Source: Mobula birostris (taxonomy: Eukaryota). From it: DNA of 64,000 bases. The notes below the pieces were generated by a model. That model made no database searches. It saw only the letters and a program-made list of their open reading frames with translations, and had not been told where the DNA came from. Below, in pieces: positions 50,166-63,241 of the stretch; within the stretch, counting starts at the first letter, position 1; the number at the start of each line of letters is the position of its first letter. Location of the stretch: contig NC_092400.1 of NCBI RefSeq assembly GCF_030028105.1, forward strand, positions 24,448,206 to 24,512,205, in the 5' to 3' direction. The position numbers and the translations under genes are program-made.

Positions 50166-52057
50166 GAGCCAGTAAAATGGTAACTAGTATACTAGATAGA
50201 GGGTGGAAGTTATGTAGCAACTACACAACATTAGATTACTCCTGGAAAACATAGGAGGAAGTGCTTTAGAGAGAAGTCTTTAGCCTTGGGTACATATAAT
50301 ATAGAACCAGTAGAATAATACTGAAACAAGGATCTTCCCCTTAGTAATAATGATTAGGGAGACACAGAGAGAATCAGTAATTATCAACAAGTACCGTTAC
50401 TGTCTCAACAGAAGAGCACATGAACTTATGTGTGCACCTACTAAGTTTTCCTGAGCCTCCAAGAACAGACAAAGAATAGAAAAGGTAATTCCTGTTAAAA
50501 GAAGTCTCTGCTGGTTATCTGGTCCTCATAGTCCCATTCTGAATCTCCATGTAACGTGCCCGTGGGGCACTCTACATCCACAATGATGGGTCATTGTTCC
50601 ACCACACCGGAAGCATCTGCTTTTATATTCAATCCTTACCAATTCAAATGTTGCAGTATTATTGACTAGGGGTCATTTGACTGACCTTTAATGCCTTCTT
50701 ATTGGCTCTGGTCCAAGCCAACATCCTTTTATTGTCCTTCTTTCTGCAAGTGACAACTGGTATCTTATGGCTCCTTGTTTTTTTCAGAAACTAGTTCGAA
50801 TCATTCAGGGCAGGCACAGACCCCAACATTCACAAACCTGCATGTTATATTATATCAAAGAACACTTCACAAATAACTTCTTATTTGGAAATTATCTCTA
50901 GTCCAGCAGATTACCTGAAGTATAATTGTGTCTACTTTAAAACATTACTCAAGCCAAGTAACTTCCATTCACAAAATGGAGGACATGGAGCCATTTCACA
51001 AAATGGCAGCCTCCATCGCCTTTGACTTCATGGCAAGAACAAAGACAACTGGTCTGTCTGCTTCTGCCATCTCTGATTCATTTGAATTTACTGTAGCTCT
51101 TTCTGGCCAATAATTCCTTTAGTCAAAAGGAGAGGTGACGGGAAAAAGTTGCTAATGTCTAAAATTTACTACTAGGTCCTTCAGGAACAAAGTTTGCAAA
51201 ACTTCTACATGCAAAAGATATAACTCTCTTTCACAAGTGATGATTGATGTTGAGTGAAATGTTAACTTAAAATTGGTGAACTTTTGATGACTTGAGGAAC
51301 GTGGAGCAAAGATGAGAATATGGATAAAGTCAGTTATAACTTCCCTGAATGGTGCAACAGACTTGTGAGGCTAAATGGGCTGATTCGAGTCCTATGTTTC
51401 TATGAGCTGGTGTTGGAATGATGCCCCAGTATGAATCATCTCCTTCAAGAAAGGAAGGGTAACAGAGAAAAACAGATGGAGAGCTGGAGATGAAAATGCA
51501 AAAAGTGAGAGCACCAGCTGGAAGACTCTGTTGAATAATATTTTAAAATTAATAATCCCTGATCAACAATTGAAAATACAGAATTAGTGAAGATGTACAT
51601 TGATTTCTATTGAAATTCAATATAATGGCTGGCATAAATATATCAATAATATTTGTCCTTTACAAATAAGGGTTAGAGTTCTGCTGGCAACAAACGGTAG
51701 CTAGGCAGAATTTACATTTTGTTTTCAGGAAGCTGTATGTGGCATTCAAACTGTAAATGTAGATCACTGCCCAACAGCTTTCATTACTGAGATAGTCCGA
51801 TCATTGGTGTGGTGGTAATGAAAGAGACCAGGGAGGGAAAAGCACAGGTAAAAATGATGCAAAAAGTGTCAGTTTTGTGAAAGAAATTTTTTTTTTACAG
51901 GAGTTGTTCAGTGATGGTTTTCACTCCGAGAACTGTGTTACTTTCTCAAACATATTGTGAGTTGTTCCAGTATTCAATGAAGAAATTAATAGACTTAGTA
52001 ACAGAAAACCAATGCAATATTGTGACTGACAGGATCACTTTCAGTGCTAAACTAATT

Positions 52058-53525
52058 TCAGAATCAGGTTCAATAACACTGGCAGATATCATGAAATTTG
52101 TTATTTTACAGCAACAGTAAAATTGCAATACTTAGTAATTAAAACAAACTATAAACTATAATAAGAAATATACATATAGATTAAATTAACTAAGCAGTGC
52201 AAAAAGAGAACTAAAAAAGTGGGTTCATTGTCTAAGCAGAAAAGTGATGGCAGAGGGGTAAATGTTGTTTTTAAAACATTGAGTGTGTATCTTCAGGCTT
52301 CTGTACCTCTTCCTTAATGGTGGCAATGAGAATAGGTCTTCAACGCCGCTTTTCCCGAGTCATTGCCCTTTCGGAGTTATCCTTGATGCTGGGGAGGTGA
52401 ATGCCCATGATGGAGGTGGCTGAGTTTACGACGTTCTGCAGCTTTTTTGCCGATCCTGTGCAGTGGCCCCCTCCATAACGGACAGTGATGCAACCAGTTA
52501 GAATGCTCTCCACAAGAAATTTGCAAGAGTATTTTGGTGACGTACCAAGTCTCCTCAAATTCCTAAAGAAATACGGCCTCTGTTGTCCCTTCTTTATAAT
52601 ATGTTGGAATCAGGATAGATTCTTCCCACTTTTGATCCCTTGATGAGGACTGATTTCATTCCCTCGACTTCCCTTTCCTGAGGTCCACGCTCAATTCCTT
52701 GGTCTTACTGACGTTGAGAGCAAGGTTGTTGTTGTGATCTGTTTCACACCTGTACTCCTCCTCGTCGCCATCCGAAATTCTGCCAACAAAGTTATGTCTG
52801 TGGAAAATTTCAAAGTTAAAGGTAAATTTATTATCACAGTGCATACACGTCACCATTTACAACTCTAAGATTCATTTTCTTGCGGGCATACTCAATAAAT
52901 CCATAATGAAAAAATAACCATAACAGAATCAATGAAAGGCTGCGCTTACTCGGGTGTTCAACAAGGGTGAAAAAGACAACAAACAATGCAAATACAAAAA
53001 TAAATAAATAATAATAATAATAAATAAGCAAGAAATATTGAAAACATGAGATGAAGAGTCCTTGAAAGTGAGTTCGTAAGTTGTGGGACCATCTCAACGA
53101 TGGGGCAAGTGAAGTTGAGTGAAGTTATCCCCTTTGGTTAAGGAGCCTGATGGTTGAGGGGTAGTAAGTGTTCCCAAACCTGGCGGTGTGGGTCCTGAGG
53201 CTCCTGTACCACCTTTTTGATGGCAGCAGCGAGCAGGCGAGTGTGTCCTGGGTGGTGGGGGTCCCTGATGTTGGATGCTGCTCCACATAGACGTGGTTAA
53301 TGGTGGGGAGGGTTTTACCTGTGATGGATTAGGCTTCATCCACTACTTTTTGTTGGATTTTCCATTCAAAGCCATCAGTGTTTCCACGCCACACTGTGAT
53401 GCAGCCAGTCAACATACTCTCCACTACACTAAAGATGGTGTTTGAGCTGCAGGTGTACAGAGACTACAGCAGTGGGATAAGCATGCATCCTTGAGTTGCT
53501 CCAGGGCTGTTTGTCAGCCAGTAGA
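52058..53525 (-). mobile_element. Two adjacent Rex1/Babar 3' fragments (52058-52800 and 52810-53525)
   Basis: VGRISDGDEEEYR, LNVSKTKEL.VD, ESILTGCITV.YG; two different tails (GATTCT-type and TTTGAA-type). Confidence 0.85.
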
Positions 53526-53729
53526 TTGCAAAGTGGGCTTTCTTCAACCCCTGTGTACATCTGTCTAAAGCATCTGCATTGATGATGCAATCCACCAATC
53601 CTTAAAAGAAGAAAAGTTAAGGCCTGTCTCTATCACTATGTCTGACTGGTGACACAAGTTCTACCTGTGTATTCCCCTAAAATCAGGGTAAGCAGATATC
53701 AGATTGCAGAGCAGCTTCACACAGACATG

Positions 53730-54264
53730 CAGTATTATGCAGAAGTCTTAAGCGCATATAGATAGCTAGGGAGCCGATGACTTTTGCACAGTACTGTAGT
53801 AATTTTATGTATTGCACTGAACTGTTGCTGCTGCTACAAAAAATAATTTTGTGATGAATGTGAGGGATTGTAAATCTGATTCTGATATGGGTCACTATTA
53901 TGGACTGAGAGTGGGAATGGGGCAGAGAGATGAGAATCAAGGTTGGGAAAAGGGGAAGGGAGAGAGGAACACCAGAGAGACGTCCTGTAATGATCAATAA
54001 GCAAATTGTTTGGAATCAAATGACTTTGGCTGGTGTCTCAGGGCTGGGTGTGTCTGCATCTACACCAATTGCCACCCCGGCATTCCTTTTCTACTACCTG
54101 TTCCACACCACTACTGTGGTGCTCCATCCTCACCATTCCCAACGTCCTTCACTCCGCCAGATTTACAGACTCGCTCTCCGCTCCATTTTGAAAAATACAG
54201 TACTGTGCAGCAGTCACAGGCACCCTGGCTATATATATGCACCCAAGAGTATTGCACAGGGTTC
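53730..54264. mobile_element. Composite Tc1-type MITE bounded by two ~67 bp palindromic TIR cassettes
   Basis: 53730-53796 and 54198-54264 are each degenerate CAGTACTGTGCA...TGCACAGTACTG hairpins and are inverted relative to each other; TA at the junctions. Confidence 0.72.
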
Positions 54265-54534
54265 TACTTGTCATTAGCCCAAGAATTTGCCACCAGGCAC
54301 ACTCTCAGTGATCAGAAATTGAAGCTACTTCTTTCACTTAAGCTGTTTTAATAAGCAAAATTTCCCATCAATAAAGCTGTGGGGGGAAAAATCCCTCCTA
54401 AATAGAATAAAACATGCATAGATAATGAAAAATTCAAATCCCCACCTGGTTACAATTAGCATTGTTTGGTACAGCCATCTTTCGTCGGTTTACAGTATCA
54501 TTCACAAAGCCACAATCTCTTGAAATCCCTAAAG

Positions 54535-54615
54535 CAGTAGTTCCCAGACTTTTTTTATACCAGTGAGCCTTACCATTAACCAAGGGGTTTGTGGACCCCA
54601 GGTTGGGAACATCTG
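54535..54615. mobile_element. 81 bp hAT (Charlie/MER5-like) MITE
   Basis: TIRs CAGTAGTTCCCA/TGGGAACATCTG; 8-bp TSD CCCTAAAG/CTCTAAAG. Confidence 0.85.
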
Positions 54616-55334
54616 CTCTAAAGGATCAAATGTGATGTGGTGTGCACCTTTGGGCTTTGTCTCCCATCACTGGTTTACCTCCATCGCTCAGAAGTTCTGC
54701 TTCCTTTGATGCTTTTCACTGCGCCGCTGACAGATTCCCCGCAGGCATGTGATTGTGCTCGGTACACACTGCTGTTCTGTTATCCATCATCATTGCTCAC
54801 CCAGATTTTTGAAAGATGTCAGAGGATAGTACAATGATCTCCTTCATCCTCCTGTGATCTATCAATCAGATTTAATGCAGCAGTAAGCAATCTTCACTTG
54901 TAAAATATCAAGGTATTGAATGAAATGCCATTGTCCGTCCTTGATTAAAATATCAAGCTTGAGGGAAGAATAAGGATGGTTGAAGACGCCAAAGAATATC
55001 GGTTGTCCTGAGGTCAAAGAGTACCAGGAATAATCTCCTCAATTACTTCTACAAAGCTGGCTCAGACATGATAAGCGAGATTTTTTTTTCTTATTCCTCC
55101 CTGGCATCTGGGCGTCATTGCCAGTGCCAGCATTTGCTGTGCCTTTCTCTGATTGTCTCTGAGAAGGTGATGGTGAGTCATTTCCTCGATCTGTGAGTTG
55201 ACGAACTTCTGTGGTACAGTTTGTTGGCTGATCCGGGATTTTAAGTCAGCAAGATAAAGGAACGGAGATGCGATTCCAGTTGAATAGGAGTGCAGATGTA
55301 AAAGCCCCCTGTAAATTCATTCATCATTCTAACT

Positions 55335-55858
55335 TACATTCAGTGGCCACTTTATTAGGTACCCGCTAATAAAATGTATGTTTGGATCTTCTGCCTTTGT
55401 TGCCCATCCAGCTGAAGATTCAGAGATGCTCTTCTGCACACCGCCGTTGCAACGCGTAGTTACTTGAGTTACTCTCGTCTTCCTGTCAGCTTGAATCAAT
55501 CTGGCTGTTCTGCTCTGACCTCTCTCATTAACGAGGCATTTTCACCTCTCAGAACTGCCACTCAGAGGATGTCTAGTACTTTTCGCACATTTACTTTGGA
55601 GACTCTAGAGACTGTTGTGTGTGAAAATGCCAGGAGATCAGCAATCTGAGAGATCCTCAAATCAATCTGTCAGGCACCAACAATCATTCCATGGTCAAAG
55701 TCACTTACATCACATTCTGATGTTTGGTCTGAACCACAAAGGAATCTCTTGACCATGTCTATATGCTTTTATGCATTGAGTTGCTGTCACATGATTGGCT
55801 GATTAGATATTTGGACTAATGACCAAGTGTACCTCACAAAGTGTTCACTGAGTGGGTA
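55335..55858 (-). mobile_element. Internally deleted Tc1-like transposon, copy 3
   Basis: TIRs CATTCAGTGGCCACTTTATTAGGTAC and GTACCTCACAAAGTGTTCACTGAGTG; reverse-complement transposase N-terminus. Confidence 0.85.
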
Positions 55859-55939
55859 TCACCGTCCTTTCGTTGTCGCCAAGCATGGAACTCCCAAGCA
55901 ATAGCAATTGGCAGCAGTCGGCTGGGGCATGGGCAATAA

Positions 55940-56920
55940 AGGGAGCATGGACAAAGCTGGGGCTGTTTTCGCTGGAGTGAAAGTGGCCAAAGTGTAACCT
56001 TAAAGAGGTTTATAAAATCATGAGGGGCATAGATAGATAATCATAGTCTTTTTTCCAGGGTAACTGAGCTGAACAGTAAAGGCCGTAGGTTTAAGATGAG
56101 AGGGGAGACGCTTAAAAGGGGTGTGAGGGATAAGATTTTCACACAGGGGGTGGAAGGTATTTGCAATGAGCTGCCAGAGGGGATGGCTGAGGCATGAACA
56201 ATTACAATGGTTAGAATAAATTTGGACATGTACATGGATAGGAAAGATTTAGACAGATTTAGAATAGAGCCCTAAGGTCATAGAAAAGTACAGTACAGAA
56301 ACAGGTCCTTCGGCCCATCTAGTCCATGCTGAAACCACTTAAACTACCTACTCCTATTGGCCTGCACTGAGACCATAGCCCTGCATACCCCTCCCATCCA
56401 TGTACTTATCCAAACTTCTCTTAAACATTGAAATCAAGCTCGCATGCACCACTTGTGCTGGCAGCTCGTTCCGCACTCTCACCAACTTCTGAGTGAAGAA
56501 GCTTCCCCTCATGTTCCCCTTAAACTTTTCATCTTTCACTCTTAACCCATAAGCTCTGGTTGTCATCCCACCCAACCTCAGTGGCAAAAGCCTTCTTGCA
56601 GTTACCCTGTCTGTACATCTCATAATTTTATATACCTCTATCAAATCTCCTCTCTATCTTTTACGTTCTAAGGAATAGGATCTTAACCTATTCAATCTTT
56701 CCTTGCAACTCAGGTCCTCCAGACCCAGCAACATCCTTGTAAATTTTATTTGTAATCTTTCAATTTGTTTTACATCTTTTCTGTAAGGAGGTGACCAAAA
56801 CTGCACACAATACCAATATTTAAGAGAGGAAGGTTTTAGAACGATATAGGACAAATGATCTTAAATTGGCACTGGGATAAATAATCAGCCAGAATCTTAC
56901 TCAATGGTGGAGCAACCGAA
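55940..56920. mobile_element. CR1 3' fragment (+) with a second CR1 3' fragment (-, 56275-56815) inserted in its 3' end
   Basis: CVQFWSPPYRKDV and MIEVYKIMR...FFTQKLV on minus; plus-strand CR1 UTR resumes near 56822. Confidence 0.8.
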
Positions 56921-57579
56921 AAGTGCCACCACCGTCCACTTTGACCAGTTTTGCTCTGACCAATTTTGGCAGCCTTCTTGATGCCATGTTTTATTCAACT
57001 GTTGCCCTGATGTCAAAGGCAGAGTTGGAAAATAATAAAATTGCGTAGGAGCATCACATTGAGCCTGTTCTCCCATTCACTAAGATCATGACTGACCCAG
57101 TATTAGTCACGCCATCACGTTCTTCCTCTATCCCACACTCCTTGACTCACCAGTCACTCTCACTTCATCTCTGGAATGATTGCTTCTCATTCTTGCACCC
57201 TTCTCTTCACCTCGACGTCACTGTCCATGGCCATTCCCCTTCCAATCTCTGCAATATCTCCAGACTCACCGCCAATGCAAGATCTTTTTGTTCTTTCAGA
57301 TTCGGTTTTTGAACCTTCTTTTTTAAGTTAAGTTGTTCCTTTTCTTGACTGCTGTATTATCAACAGTTTTCATTGTGCTGTTGTGTTGCTTACATCATTT
57401 TTTGCACATTTTTCACTTAGTTTCCCCTTTTCTATATTGTTCATCTGGTGGAAATCCCAACGGTGGTAAAATGTGTTACCATCTTCCATGCCAAATGTTA
57501 CAACAATACTTTTGATAAGGAGTCTATTGAAGCTCAAAATATTGTGGGTTCAAATCCCACTCCAGAGACCTTAGGTAAA

Positions 57580-57900
57580 TAGAATGGACTGCATTTGATC
57601 ATTAGGTGTTCCAGGTACATGAGTTTGACAAAAGCGCCACATTGGAGTATCACCAAGAGTTTATCACGAAACACATATCTCCACCTTTTGACTTTTTGAA
57701 ACAGCAGTTCGGTCCATTCGATAAATTGAGAAGCCTTTGGGTCTGACCGCTGTATCTAGTGTTCTGGGTGAAAGCCACATCTTGCTCAGACATAGAACAC
57801 AATAATCTCTCATTTCCCTCCATTACAGCAGGGTCTTCGATTTTGTTCCCCTGCAACTGCACATTTGCTACTCAGATCCTGGGTAGAGGGGATTTCATCC
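57580..57900 (-). mobile_element. Rex1-type APE endonuclease fragment inside an old DeuSINE-like SINE (57530-58010)
   Basis: KSKGGDMCFVINSW peptide; GTGGGTTCAAATCCCACTCCAGAGAC head to the left and ATACTGAGGGGGTGCCGCA Deu-like block to the right. Confidence 0.6.
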
Positions 57901-58643
57901 CTGTCTGTTGATACTGAGGGGGTGCCGCATTTTGAGCATATTTGTCAGTTGAATGGGCCATTAAACTGATGCTGCCTCTGATCTCTTGAGAGTAGGAAAC
58001 TATTATTGTCTTGCATAAGACAATAAAACTCCTATATGCTGAGTGATGGTGGCCGCCGAGTAAGGTTTACTGCATCTGCAGATTGAATCTGGGGCCTATG
58101 AACATTCCCACATGGTACTGGAGCATCGTGATGAGCAGACATAAGACAGCACTATGCAGGTGCCTGTCGAATCTTCTGAGGTTTTCTGGGAGTGGAGTTC
58201 GGAGAGGATGAGGGATGGGGTGGGTTGTGGGGGTTGCAGTGTCTGGGCCACAAGCTTCAGGAAGAATGGAGCTGGACATTGGGGGTTGAAGCGAGAATGT
58301 CAGACAGGTAGCAGCCCTGGAGGGGACAGGAGGCAGTGGACAATTTTACTCCCGAGGAGGACAAATTGTTGGCAGGTACGGAATGGAGGAGGGCAGGGTG
58401 GTGGGGATGGTGTTTGAGAGAGGATGGGGTAATCAAGAAAGAAAGGAAGGTGGAAGGTCATAAGAGGGAAGGGGAGAGTGAAGGGGGAGGTAGCTGAGAA
58501 AGAGAGGACAGAAAAAGTGGAGGAGGCTCAGAGTGGCAGGTAGGGTGTTTTGGAATAGACTGTAAAATTGTTACAGTATTTTTTTCTGCAGTTTAACTTT
58601 CCCAATCCCACTTGTATTTCATATAATTAGCTATGCAATTGTT

Positions 58644-58659
58644 CAGCGTCCCCTAGTGG
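58644..58659 (-). promoter_or_regulatory. CTCF-like motif
   Basis: CCACTAGGGGACGCTG versus the CCAC(C/T)AGGGGGCGC consensus, one mismatch; non-repetitive context. Confidence 0.4.
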
Positions 58660-58759
58660 TTACAATTCTTTGTATTATTTTGGAATCTTCTCGGGGAAAT
58701 CTCATTTTTGAATAGGGGCTATCTAACTGGTTAATTCTTATCTATAAATTTGAATGGAG

Positions 58760-60620
58760 GCAACACACACAAAATGCTGGAGGAGAACAGTGTCTATCGA
58801 AAAGAGTAAATGGTCAAAGTTTGGGGCTGAGACCCTTTATCAGAACTGGTAAAAAAATGATGAGAAGTTAGAGCACCTTCTGGTGGAGGGAGGGGAGGAA
58901 GAAGTACAAGGTAGTAGGTGATAGGTGAAACTGGGAGAGGGGGAGGGAGTGAAGTAAAGAGCTGGGAAGATGATAGGTGACAGAGATAAAGAACTGGAGA
59001 AGGAAGGATCTGATGGAAAGGGTAGATGACCATGGTAGAAAGGGAAGGGGTAGGAGCACCAGAGGGAGGTGATGTGCAGGTAAGGAGATAAGGTGAGAGA
59101 GGGAAACAGGAATGGGAATGCTGGGAGGGGGACATTTACTGGAAGTTTGAGAAGTCGAATTTCATGCCATCAGGTTGGAGGCTACCGAGACGGGATATGA
59201 GGTGTTGCTCCTCCAACATGTGTGGCCTCATCACGGCAGTAGAGGAGGCCATGGACTGATATGTCAGAATGGGAATGGGGTGTAGAATTGAAATGAGTGA
59301 GCACCAGAAGATCCGGCTTTTTCTGGCAGACGGAGTATAGGTGCTTGGTGAAGCGATCTCCCAATTTAAGTCGGGTTTCACCGATGTACTGCAGGCCACA
59401 CAGTAGATGCTCCCAACAGACTCACAGGTGAAGTGTCGGCTCACCTGGAAGGATGGTTTGGGGCTCTGAATGTTAGTGAGGGAGGAGGTGTAGGGGCAGG
59501 GGTAGCACTAGTTCCGCTTGCAGGGGCAGGGACCAGGAGGGAGATCAGTGGAGGGGGATGAATGGACAAGGGAGCCGCGTAGAGAGCAGTCCCTGCGGAA
59601 AGTGGAAAGTGCGGGAGAGGAAAGATGTGCTTGGTGGCAGGTCTTGGCAGGCACGGAACTCGCTGAGGTGTGGGCGCAATGGGACAAAGGTAAGGCCTTG
59701 CTGAGGACAGAATGCTCTGCCTCAGAGAGGGGAAGGTCAGAGGGAATAGTGAAGACCTGGCACAGATGAGAGCTGGGATCGGGGGGGGGGGGGGGAAGGG
59801 GTCTGGTAGTGTCTGGGGAGAGGGGAGGGTTGGATGTTTCAGGGATGGTGGGGTGGGAGGAAGATGGAGCCTCTGAGGACCCAAGAGTTGATGGTGGGAC
59901 CTGAGAGACACAGAGTAGTGGTGGGGGAAGGGGAGACAGGGGTTCCAGTGGCAGCACGTAAAGTTCCTACCTAGAAGTGCTGTTGGTCAAGGTCAAGGCC
60001 GGAGTTGGAGTTGGAGGTTGTGCAATTGGCACTTTGGAGGTGTCCGAGGTGGTTGGAACCTGCATGGTTGGCTGTGGAGTCCGGGTTTTGAATCTGCTCG
60101 GGATTGCCAGAGCCGTTGAGCACGGCAGCAGGGATCATGACCTGGAGACGCCCGTGCCTGTCAGCTTTGGAGACAGCAGGTTCTGTAGTCTGCGGATGAG
60201 CGATCCTCTGATGCTTGCAGGATGTGAGAAAATCAAAGAACTGGCAACTGAAATTGTGGATTTGACAGAGGATGAAGTATCAGACATGTACATTACAGGT
60301 GGCAGAGAGAGAATCCGGAAGTTGTGGAAGCGATTGGAATAGGGACCCCAGGTACCTCCTCTTGGCGGAAAGCATGGAGCGTAGAAGCAGTCAATTGATT
60401 GTGAGTACCCTGGGTTATCAGAGGGCCCGAGTTGAGAAGGTTGAAAACTGACCTGGAAGCCATGTGGCACAAGATGGCAGCAAAGACATACGCCCCCAGG
60501 AAGAATACGCAGCTGTGGTAGCAGATTTGGGTGAGCGCATGGTCGAAGAGTTGGAGGGCAGCTGAGATCGCAGAAGGGGAGTAGTGAAAGAAGGTTTCAC
60601 TGAATCTCGCAGAGGGGAAG
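58760..60620 (-). mobile_element. Internally deleted Penelope-like element: N-terminus plus GIY-YIG endonuclease, no RT
   Basis: FSETFFHYSPSAISAALQLFDH; VFTIPSDLPLSEAEHSVLSK; FRRDCSLRGSLVHS; HFTCES..IYC; GDRFTKHL..HFNS; EEQHLISRLGSLQPDGM; terminal repeat with hammerhead remnant. Confidence 0.88.
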
Positions 60621-61296
60621 ATTTGAATTTCTTCGGGGTAGGTATCCCTAATTAGAAAGGAATGCCTGTTATCTATGGTATAAGAACATGTCACATCATC
60701 ATCTTCTCTTCTTTTTTTCTTCTTTGTTATTCTTTCCTGACTTTGCTACTAGACTTTTGCTGCTCTCTGTTTCCGATTCCTTTGTTCTCTTAGCACTTAA
60801 TAAAATGCTCGTGAAGCAACTTATGCCTCATTTTTGACTTCTGAAAGAACCTCAGATCAAAAAGATCAGATTCCAAAGGAAGGATGACAAATGTAGGGAG
60901 AGAGGGAGTGAGGGGATGATGGCACTGGGAAAACAGGGAAGAGAGATTAAAGGGAACATGTGGGCTAGATTTCGTTTGTGTTTAGACCTATGTGTTTGTC
61001 CATAGACACAACAGAACTTTCTCCATTCAGTTTGCAACTTCCTTGTCCTTGTACCAAAACCTTGCTCTGGCAATGTTGCATGTTAATTGGTGTGCATGTG
61101 AATGGCTACCACTTCCCAGAACCAGAGGAAGCAGGCCTTTAAATCCAGGAGAATGCCTAAGAACTTTGGAATTCAGTGGAATATTGGAATCAAGGCTTTA
61201 ATGAGGTCTGGATCTGAGCAGTTCTAGCAGAAACCAAATTGAGCATCAGCGGGAAGTTTCACAAACATAAAAAAATCTGCTAATATGTCCTTAGGT

Positions 61297-61980
61297 GGGA
61301 GGAGAAGATGGCGGCGCGATGCAGCTCGCAGTGGCCACTCTGGTGGTGATGTCTTTTATTTGTCAAGTAGGGTGCCGTGCATAATCCTGATTTGATGGAG
61401 ACAGATGTGAGAGCGCGGAGGAACATCTGGTGAAACTTCTGAAATGCCCGCTTCGCTGCTGCTGCTACTGTGTGGTCCAGAATCTCCGGAGGAGAAGGCC
61501 CCGAGTCCTTGGCTTTGCTTGTTGCTCGGCGGCCGGGGTGGGGTCGAAGCACTCGGCAGAGGACGGTGCTCGGAGAGGCTGTGTCGGAGGGGCTGGTCGG
61601 AGGCTCGAAGTTTTCGGACGGGCTCAGAGTCGACTGCGGTCGGGTGCTTCCCATGCATCGGCAAGTTGGCGGTGCTTGGAGGTTCACGGCAGGGAGAGTT
61701 TCTCCCTTCTGCCGCCTGCTATCGGGACTATCAGGAGTTGATCGGAACTTTGAGACTTTTTTTTACCGTGCCCATGGTCTGCTCTGTATCAAATTGTGGT
61801 ATTGCTTTGCACTGCTGTAACTATATGTTATAATTATGTGGTTTTGTCAGTTTTAGTCTTGGTTTGTCCTGTTTTTTTTTGTGATATTATTCTGGAGGAA
61901 CGTTGTATCATTTTTTAATGCATGCATTTCTAAATGACAATAAACGAGGACTGAGTGTCCTCATAATCTCATCTAATCTA
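61297..61980 (+). mobile_element. ~680 bp CpG-rich non-autonomous retroposon, copy 3
   Basis: GGAGGAGAAGATGGCGGCG start; GAGGAC-TGAGT-GTCCTC hairpin; TAATC tail. Confidence 0.88.
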
Positions 61981-62220
61981 TTGGTGGATTTGACGTCTTG
62001 GTTGATAAGATCCTCCATTGCTCTGGTGATGATTGAGGAAAGACTGATGGATCTGTAATCTAACAGATTGAATTCAGCAACATCATTAGCTTGCATTTTT
62101 TTTCTTCACTCTAGCTCATCTTGTGGACATTCCTGGTATGAAATATTTACATGTTGATTTCATATAAGGTCAATACCTTCACTTTCAATGGAGTTCTTCT
62201 GCAGTGCAATTAGCTGGCTA

Positions 62221-62570
62221 TGTAACGATGAACTCAGGCTAGTGCACCCAGGCACGGAGTAACTGGAGACTCAAGCATAAAACGCCAATGAGAGTTTATT
62301 CACCGAAGAGCCAACAGAGATACGCAGGTCACTCAGAACAAACATCACTATGGAAAGGCTATTTCACTACTGAGCGACGAGTTCTCAGCGCGCATAACTT
62401 AATTAGTACAAGGTTGCACAAGAAATGCACAGTTACCAGTAAACAGCACAGAAAAACTTCAGGGAGCAATTAACAGGTGAAACGAGTCACAATTAGGTAA
62501 ATTAACGATATTCAGGTGAAGTAGAGCGTCAAGGGTTGGAACCCTCCGGGGCCTCTCAACTGGCACAACA
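62221..62570 (-). mobile_element. Probable Gypsy-like solo LTR (350 bp)
   Basis: TGTAAC...CACAACA ends; minus-strand AATAAA near 62295; CpG retained; flanks GGCTA/GGTTG match only 3 of 5. Confidence 0.62.
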
Positions 62571-62894
62571 GGTTGAGGTTGAGATGTTGATTCATCAGCT
62601 TGTGTGAGAGAAATAGGGCAGGCAGAGATGTGGAATACCTGACATTGAATTCATTCGCCCTCATTTTTCATGCACTAGTTGTTGATAGAAGCAATCTAAT
62701 TTGAGTGAGATCACACTCATGAATTTCCAGGTGTCGCTGCATTCTTCTGTGACTGAGGGATCTCTGTGTGCAGCTTACTGTAGGAATTCCAACATTTTCA
62801 TGACTGTAAAAGTTGAGCATTGCACATGCCTCCTCTTTCCAGAATCAATTTGATCTTTGTTTAACACTACATCAAAAAAATAGGAGCACAATTA

Positions 62895-63029
62895 AAAACA
62901 AGAGAAAATTTGCAGGTGCTGGAAATCCAAGCAGCACAAACAAAATGCTGAAGGAACTCAGCAGGCTAGGCAGCATCTATGGAAAAGAACAAACAGTTGA
63001 CATTTTGGGTTGAGACCCTTCATCAGGAC
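62895..63029 (-). mobile_element. Penelope terminal repeat with hammerhead remnant
   Basis: Minus strand GTC-CTGATGA-AGGG-TCTCAA-CCC-AAAATGTC-AACTG (GAAA changed to AAAA). Confidence 0.85.
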
Positions 63030-63241
63030 AATTAAGCTGAGATTGCTAGTGAGTTGTCAGCTAAAAGGTCTTCACTGTGCCTGCTTCAATTTTCAATACA
63101 CGGAACTTTTGAAACCTTGTAAAGGGCTGTTGCATCACTGATCTGCTTTCTCTTTGTGCTCTGCTATGACCCTGACCTGGTAGTCATTCCATGGTGCTGG
63201 GACATGGCACTTGAACATTCAGGCAGAAGACTGTGTGCAGA

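Noticed and set aside
54801-54851. Possible 51 nt minus-strand exon (CAG|...GG|GTGAGC; RMKEIIVLSSDIFQKSG), phase-compatible with the 41 kb exon
   Set aside because: No polypyrimidine tract and too short to distinguish from chance without RNA data.
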